DNA of 64,000 bases from Eledone cirrhosa. Taxonomy: Eukaryota. The DNA is taken from positions 20,584,001 through 20,648,000 of the forward strand of contig OZ024762.1 in assembly GCA_964016885.1 (NCBI GenBank), given 5' to 3'. How positions within the stretch are numbered: the stretch's first letter is position 1; each line of letters begins with the position of its first letter. The position numbers were made by a program, and so were the translations under genes. Below the pieces are notes generated by a model, which saw nothing but the letters and a program-made list of their open reading frames with translations, was not told where the DNA came from and made no database searches. Positions 56,208-64,000 of this stretch are shown in pieces.

Positions 56208-57057
56208 AATATGTATGTGTATATTTATTTATACAAACATGTATATATATTGCACCTGTCTTTGTATATTTATACACCTATATCTATCTATATATAAGCA
56301 CATACATGCATCTATACAAACACATACACATATACGAGTATATATATATATATATAAATACATATATATATATATATATATATACCATAGCATATTTCTC
56401 CATTCTTCCAGTTAGTTCCATAGAATAATATAATGAGAGAATAGATATTTGAAGAATTCACACATGCTAATCGAATTGTGAAAAACATGTCTTGAACTGT
56501 TCTAGTAGAGCTCTGTATTGTATGTGTGTGTGTGTTTGTGTGTGTGTGAGTGTGTTTGTGTTTGTGTGTGTGTATAAGTGTGTGAGTGTGTGTATGTGTG
56601 TGTATATAAGTGTGTGTGTGTGAGTGTGTTTGTGTGTGTGTGTGTGAGTGTGTGTGTGTGTGTGTGTGTGAGTGTGTGTATAAGTGTGTGTGTGTGTAAG
56701 TGTGTGTGAGTATGTGTGTGCGTGTGTGTGTATGTGAGAGAGAGAGAGAGAGAGAGAGATGGCTGAATTTATTCTGTGTGAAGTGAAAAATTGTCAGGAG
56801 AAATATGGAACCATTTTTATGGGTAAAAGAAAAAGGAATAAGAAGGAAGAAAAAAGAAAGAAAAAATATATAGAAGTCTTTGAGAATAAGAAAAAAAAAA
56901 TGGTGGAATGGTGGGGGTGGGGGTTAGGCATTTCTGTCTTGAATAAATTATATCTAAAGAAGATAGAATTAATCAAATATTCAGGATTTCTTCATATATT
57001 GACCAGCATGCATTCGGCTTTATTTTCACTTTCACTCTCAAATCAAGTCGGCTGAAG

Positions 57058-57106
<49 letters not shown>

Positions 57107-57773
57107 GCTGTTGGTTTCAAACCTTTTTTACTTGATGTAAAGCCCACATTGTATTGCTATTCTTTTCTATACTGTCCCCCAATGTCTTGAGCCCTAGTGG
57201 CCAATAAAAGAAAGCATTATCATTCTTCTTCTTCTTATTATTATTATTATTATTATTATTATTTTGTTCTGTTTTGTATTCTTCAACACAGCAATAATGT
57301 TTATTTTTTTAATATTCTAGAGAGAGTGAGAAAGAATGAGAGGCGTGAGGGGGGGGGGGAGAAGGAGAGAGATTAATTGATAGTTAAAGAGGAGAAAAGA
57401 GAGAGATAGATAGATAGGCAGATAGGTAGGTAGATAGGTAGGTAGATATATAGATAGATATATTGGTATATAGGCAGATAGTGTGACAGCTAGAGATATA
57501 GATAGACAGATAGATAGGTAGGTAGATAGATGAATATATAGATAGGTAGGTAGATAGTTAGATAGATAGATAGATTGATAGATAGATATGTATATATATA
57601 GAGAGATAGAGAGAGAGAGAGAATGCACAAAAGATGGAAGCCATAACTTTAACTTCAGTCTTCAACAAACCAAAACCTTTCAAAACGTTTTTCTTTCACC
57701 CTTTGCTTTTGTTGTTGTTTATTTATAGAATTATTTTGTGTTATTTGGTATATTATTATTATTATTATTATTA

Positions 57774-58170
57774 GGGCGGTGGATTGGTAGTATCGGTAGA
57801 GAGTCGGACGCCATGCTTTGATGCATAGAGTTACGGCCCTTGCCATTCTGAGTTCAAATCCCACCGAGGTTAACTTTGCCTTTCATCCTTACGGGGTCGA
57901 TAAAATAAAGTACCAGTAATGTACTGGGATAATTGCTGGTCTTGTACCAAAAGTAGAAACAATAATTAGGGTGGTGGATTGGCAGTGTCAGTAGAACGTC
58001 AGACACCATGCTTTGCAGCACAGAGTTATGGCCCTTTATGTTGTCAGTTCAAATCCTGCTGAGGTTAGCTCTGTCTTTCATCCTTATGGGGCTGATAAAA
58101 CAATGGACCAGTAATTGACTTTCCCTTGCCCTAAATTTGCTGGCCTTGTGCCAAAAGTAAAAACAATTAT
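57774..58170 (+). mobile_element. SINE family B, two tandem copies
   Basis: GGCGGTGGATTGGTAGTATCGG...GAGTTCAAATCC...GGTCGATAAAATAAAGTACCAG repeated. Confidence 0.85.
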
Positions 58171-58759
58171 GTTATCATCATCATCATCAATATCTGTAGT
58201 AGTAGTAGTAGTAGTAGGGGTGTTTGTAGTAAAATTCTCATTAATCATTTTGAATATAAAATATTTTTCAACAACAAAAATATTTTAAAAAAATTAGAAT
58301 AAAATAAAAAAAAAACAGCAAATAAAAAACAAAAGAAAACAACAGACAAACAAACAAACAAGATCCCTTTTAAATTTCCACTTGAGAAAAGAGAAATTGC
58401 CAAAAAAAGAAATAACAAAAACATCTAAAGAAAAATGGTCTTCTTCGAAAGAGATCTGTTCGATTTTCCGTTCTCTCATCTGAATATTTGCAGGCAATAA
58501 TTGCTTCTTCTGCCTGCTAACTCATTACACAGATTATCTCGAATTAATTCCTCTGTTATCTCTTCACAGACATTTACAGCAAGACATTTTCTACTCAGTT
58601 CCTCCCTATTTTTCTCTCCAAACTCTTCTTCTCAGATCTAAACCAAAGTTGCCCTGAAACACTCCAGCACATCCACTACCACCCTCCACCGACATTTATT
58701 GTCATTGTCCTTGGTATTTCTATAAACACTTCACTTTTTTGCTGTCTTACGCAAGTACA

Positions 58760-58812
<53 letters not shown>

Positions 58813-58848
58813 AAGAGCGGAGAAAAGAAGACATTAAAATGACAATGT

Positions 58849-58906
<58 letters not shown>

Positions 58907-59017
58907 ATTGTAACATCCAGTTACTGTAGATTCACCCGAGTAAACACTCGATGCATAGTTTCCAGTAGGTATATTGGTGTAGTACTAAGCACAGTGTAAT
59001 ACAAGTATGTAATACAT

Positions 59018-59294
59018 ATCATCATCATCATCATCATCATCACCGTTTTACGTCCGTTCTTCCATGCTAGCATGGGTTAGACGGGTTGTCCTGTTGTGGG
59101 CAGTGTCTGGTCGGCTGACCATGCCTTGCTCATACAGGAACTGATTTGGCTTGATTTCTACAGCTGGATGCCCTTCCTAACACCAACCTCATTTACAGTG
59201 AGTGCTGGGTGCTTTTTCGTGGCGCCTACACGTCCACTTTACAGTGTGGGCTGGGTGCTTTTTTGCCGTGACACCTCCACGACCACCTTGCAGT
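59018..59294 (-). mobile_element. SINE family A variant with alternative tail (truncated)
   Basis: tail matches 61810-61930 rather than 28735-28770. Confidence 0.7.
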
Positions 59295-59550
59295 GGGAGG
59301 GTGTGGGGGCATATTGTTTATATGCTTCAGCTTGTACCCATGGGAGGTCGGGTACTCTGTATTACTGCATGATGCCAGAAGTCACGGTCGTGTGTCATTG
59401 TCTTTGTCTTTGTCTTTGAGAGGTGTAATTGGGTAACATATATATATATAACAGGAGAACACTGGAGGGTTATATCCGTAGTAGTAGAGCACTCAGTCCA
59501 TGGGAAAAGTTTGGTAGAAGTAGTTCCATAACAGTTAATTCACCATTACT

Positions 59551-59587
59551 GAGAACAATTGTTTCACTTTAGTCGGATCATCAGCTC
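59551..59587 (-). ncRNA. minimal hammerhead motif with palindromic stem III
   Basis: Minus strand reads GAG-CTGATGA-TCCGACTAAAGT-GAAA-CAATTG-TT-CTC; stem II is weak. Confidence 0.65.
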
Positions 59588-60082
59588 GCCTTAAATGAGA
59601 TTGTACGGAAAAAGAAAAACAATTGTACGAATACACCTGTGCAGAAGAAGTCACTACCCAAAGTTGATATCGATAAATCGATAAGTTATAGCTCAGGATA
59701 ATAACAATATGTTAGGTGTGTGACAGTGAAAATTGTTGCCACAAAGCTACTATAACAACGAATACCAACAGGTTAAAGACGAACCTAGACCTGATCAATA
59801 GATATTATATAAAAGGTTGACTTTGCCTTTCATCCTTACGGGGTCGATAAAATAAAGTACCAGTAATGCACTGGATAATTGCTGGCCTTGTGCTTAAAGG
59901 AGAAATAATTATATAAATATCTGCGATTGGTTTCTGAGAACCCAAAAGTTACACTCCAAGTTGCGTAACATGCAAGCCAGTAATGTATCCTAAGATGGAA
60001 CGAGGATATTCCTTTCTCAACAGGCATTTCGTTCCATTGTCCACTGACCGCGGCTTATTAACTCCACAGCCAAGGACTGTAT

Positions 60083-60863
60083 AGGGCATTGTGTGCAGAG
60101 GATATACGCAGACTAGAGAGGAACGAAGCTTGCATGCTCCGCTGGATGTGTAACAGTAATATACGTGAACGGCAAAGCATAAACGAACTAAGGAAAAAAT
60201 TAGAGATAAGAGGGATCAGATGTTGTTTACTCGAGAGAAGGCTACGTTGGTATGGACACGTGATGCGCATGAAAGTCGATAGCTGTATAACAAAGTGCAG
60301 GGCAATAAAGATAGACGGTAGTCACGGAATAGGCAGACCTAGAAAAACCTGGGACGAGCTGATAAACTCCGACATCACACACTTACACCTCTCCAAGACA
60401 ATGTCACTGGACCGAGACCTTTGGCGGTACTCAGTAACAGAGAAGACCCGCCTTACCTAAATATATAGTAAAACCTACTCCAGCCAGTAGGCATCTCTAA
60501 CAAAATACACCCCGTCCCACCACCACCACCCCCACCCCATCCACACCACCCCCTCCTATGTAAAGTTGTGTTGGTGCCACAACATCCAGGCCGAAACAAA
60601 TGAGATCGTGTAGGTGTCACGACAAAAAAACACACAGTCCACGCTGTAATGTGGCCGTGTAGGCAACACGGTAAAAACCTCCCAGACCCACACTGTAAAT
60701 GTGGTTGGTGTTAGGAAGGGCATCCAACTGTAGAAAACCCTGCCAGACAGTCCTATGCGAGCAAGACAATCACTCTTGCCTCAAGTGGGACTACCCCCGT
60801 CCAAACCCATGCAAGCGTGGAACACGGACGTTAAACGTTGATGATGATGATGATGATGATGAT
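60083..60863 (+). mobile_element. RTE LINE family 1, 5'-truncated (near-identical to 30126-30885, opposite orientation)
   Basis: ORF 60089..60460 is nearly identical to the C-terminus of ORF 30509..31432. Confidence 0.95.
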
Positions 60864-61208
60864 ATATATATATATCGTGATGATGATGATGATATATATA
60901 AATCAAAGATTTTCTGCCCTATGGTTAAGCTTTAACTGTTTTGATAGCAAATGTGAAATAAATCTGTTTGATGTAAATTTAGGTCAAATCTATCTCTTTG
61001 GGGCTACAGTTTGGTTGATAGGTATAGAGGGGTGCTAGCAGAGAATCTGTGGTGCTGAGACCAGGGTGACCTATAATAATGGGAGAACTCAATACATGGG
61101 GAGATGCAGAGCAGGTATAAAGATATGTAAAATCCCGACTGCCACACAAGCCGAAACTGCTTGACACTGCTGTCTGTATTTTACATATTTCTCTCTCTCT
61201 CTCTCTCT

Positions 61209-61267
<59 letters not shown>

Positions 61268-61809
61268 CATACATATGCAAAAAGACAAAGCAAATGAGAC
61301 TACAAAGAATAAAAATATTAGTTTAACGCTTGATATAGTAGGAAAAAAGTCTAAATGTTTTGGACATTAGTCCTTCATCAGAAGAATAAATGAGAAATAA
61401 GAGATGAAATAGAAAGATAGAGAGGGAAAAGAGGAAGGAACAAGTAAAATCAATTGAGAAACACACACATACATTCACACATATATATATATGTTTTTCT
61501 CATATATATATAGAGAGAGAGAGAGAGAGAAAAATAAAAGGAAAGCACAAACAAGAGACAGTCCCCTTTTCAGTTGTCTGCTGGATGTCACCAACATTTC
61601 AACGCATTAAAGACAATATGTCTATCTCCAGTGCATCAACAACTTTTGAATGTTATTGAGGAAGGAAAAAAGGAGAGAGAAAAAATAAATTAAACAGAAA
61701 GGAAAAAAGAAAAAAAAACATAGAGAACATACCAATAAAGGGGAGGGGGGACATGAGGACAAGCACATGTATATCTATGTTTTTCTGATATATATATATG
61801 TGTATATAT

Positions 61810-62252
61810 ATCATCATCATCATCACCATCACCGTTTTACATCCATTCTTCCATGCTAGCATGGGTTAGAGAGGTTGTCTTATTGTAGGCAGTGTCCAGT
61901 CAGCTGAACTTGTCTTGCTCATACAGGAACTGATTCTGGCTTGATTTTTACAGCTGGATGCCCTTCCTAACACCAACCTCATTTACAGTGAGTGCTGGGT
62001 GCTTTTTCTTTTCCATGGTGCCTACACGACCACTTTACAGTGTGGGCTGGGTGCTTTTTTGCTGTGTCACCTCCACGACCACTTTGCAGTGGAATGATAG
62101 GGACCCCAGTCCTATCATCTCATTTCTACAGCTGAGTAAACTGGAGCAATGTGAAATAAAGTGTCTTGCTCAAGGAAAGAACACATCACCCGGTCTGAGA
62201 ATTGAACTCACAACCTTTCGATTGCAAGGCCAATGCTCTAACCACTAAGTCA

Positions 62253-62255
<3 letters not shown>
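61810..62255 (-). mobile_element. SINE family A variant with alternative LINE-like tail
   Basis: The tRNA head and CORE match family A; the sequence beyond CAGAATCAGTTCCTG is replaced by ...ACAACCTCTCTAACCCATGCTAGCATGGAAGAATGGATGTAAAACGG. Confidence 0.85.
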
Positions 62256-62304
<49 letters not shown>

Positions 62305-62307
<3 letters not shown>

Positions 62308-62637
62308 TCATCATCATCATTTCATTTTACGTCGCTTTTTCCCTGCTTGCAAGGGTGGGACGGAAATTGATTCTGGCTTGATTTCTACAGCTGGATGCCC
62401 TTCCTAACACCAACCTCATTTACAGTGAGTGCTGGGTGCTTTTTTTGCCGTGGCACCTCCACGACCACTTTACAGTGGAATGATAGTGACCCCAGTCCCT
62501 ATCATCTCATTTCTACAGCTGAGTAAACTGGAGCAATGTGAAATAAAGTGTCTTGCTCAAGGAAACAACACATCACCCGGTCTGGGAATTGAACTCACAA
62601 CCTTTCGATTGCAAGGCCAATGCTCTAACCACTAAGC

Positions 62638-62642
<5 letters not shown>
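62305..62642 (-). mobile_element. SINE family A, essentially full length
   Basis: reverse complement of the family A consensus. Confidence 0.9.
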
Positions 62643-62724
<82 letters not shown>

Positions 62725-62803
62725 TAAATCACCGAGCACCCTGCCGCTCATATCGAATTTTGTTTATCGTGAACTAGTGCGCCGATTTTTCGATACTCGA
62801 TCA

Positions 62804-62887
<84 letters not shown>

Positions 62888-62898
62888 ATATATATAAA

Positions 62899-62932
<34 letters not shown>

Positions 62933-62948
62933 ATAAATAAAACTTTGC

Positions 62949-63003
<55 letters not shown>

Positions 63004-63076
63004 TATATGTATGTATATAGTTACACTTTGGGAGGTTCATGCTGCCAATAAAAACAGACGCACCTATTGGTTTTCA

Positions 63077-63202
<126 letters not shown>

Positions 63203-63480
63203 AACCAGCATGGGTTCAGTTTGAAACTGGTTAAACCATTACTCAACAGAATACTCAATATTTGTGGTAGAAGAGTATGGTTATATTATAAAGAGTCATG
63301 ACCCCCAATGGCTGAGCTTTTGCCATTTCAACAGCTAGTTCCAGACTGCTTGCCTTGGCGGTTAACTGGCTGTATTATCAGGGGCTGTGATTTGTCCAAA
63401 TAAGGGCATACATTGTTTATACAAGGATACACAATCATTCTGAAACTAGCTGTTGAAACGGCAATAGCTTATGTATATAT

Positions 63481-63527
<47 letters not shown>

Positions 63528-63611
63528 AAAATTGAACGCTAACAAAACAGAGAGGCAGTACGAACAAAGGTTTATTAGTTTCACGCTCTTGAGAGTGGGG
63601 TGGTGGTGGGG

Positions 63612-63645
63612 AACGACGTTTCGGGCATAAGCCCTTCTTCAGGCG
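63612..63645 (-). ncRNA. minimal hammerhead motif
   Basis: Minus strand reads GC-CTGAAGA-A-GGGC-TTAT-GCCC-GAAA-CG-TC-GT; GUC triplet, weak stem I. Confidence 0.7.
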
Positions 63646-63833
63646 AAAAGTGTGTGGGAAGAGAGTTCCAAGGGTGTGTAGGGGAATGGTGGAGAGACAT
63701 ATAGAAAAAAGGGGGTGAGAGGAAACGGTACAAATGGAATTAAATATAAAAGCATAATAAAAATAACAGTCACTGTATATTTTAGAAAATATATATTTTC
63801 TCTACCTCTGACAGTTGTCAGGTGAACAGTAAT

Positions 63834-63884
63834 GAACTGCACTGACGAAGGGTAATCACCCAGAAACATTAGTATCTGCAGTTC
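63834..63884 (+). ncRNA. type I hammerhead motif
   Basis: GAACTGCA-CTGACGA-A-GGGT-AATC-ACCC-A-GAAA-CATTAGTA-TC-TGCAGTTC, with a perfect 8-bp stem I. Confidence 0.8.
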
Positions 63885-64000
63885 TGTTTACATGCCAACA
63901 CAAGAGCAAGAATATGGGGCTCATTTTACTGACATGGCTTAAAAGAGGTTTGTTTGCCTAATCGCAAATGAATCAAATATTATTGATATTCGAAAAAATT

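Overview
This is AT-rich, microsatellite-saturated animal DNA, intronic or intergenic. The repeat content suggests a coleoid cephalopod such as octopus (inference). No host protein-coding exon can be supported, and almost all listed ORFs are simple-repeat artefacts. Recognisable content: (1) two tRNA-headed SINE families, one CORE-type and one Meta/MESC-like; (2) 5'-truncated RTE-clade LINEs, one with a PHD finger inside its RT region and a nonsense codon at YADD; (3) a deleted DD37D (maT) Tc1/mariner, piggyBac- and mariner-type MITEs and Helitron-like relics; (4) many minisatellites with 28-, 36-, 48-, 52-, 56-, ~57- and 83-bp units. The main hidden signal is about 12 near-intact and about 10 degenerate minimal type-I hammerhead ribozyme motifs from several unrelated families. 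They sit in short elements inserted in (TA)n tracts, and a decayed Penelope-type GIY-YIG endonuclease is also present. These elements repeatedly form fold-back palindromes. In one case (20249-21650) the 3' half of a hammerhead is folded back at its stem II and then reiterated as 22 identical 56-bp copies. All RNA structures were paired by eye and need computational and biochemical confirmation.
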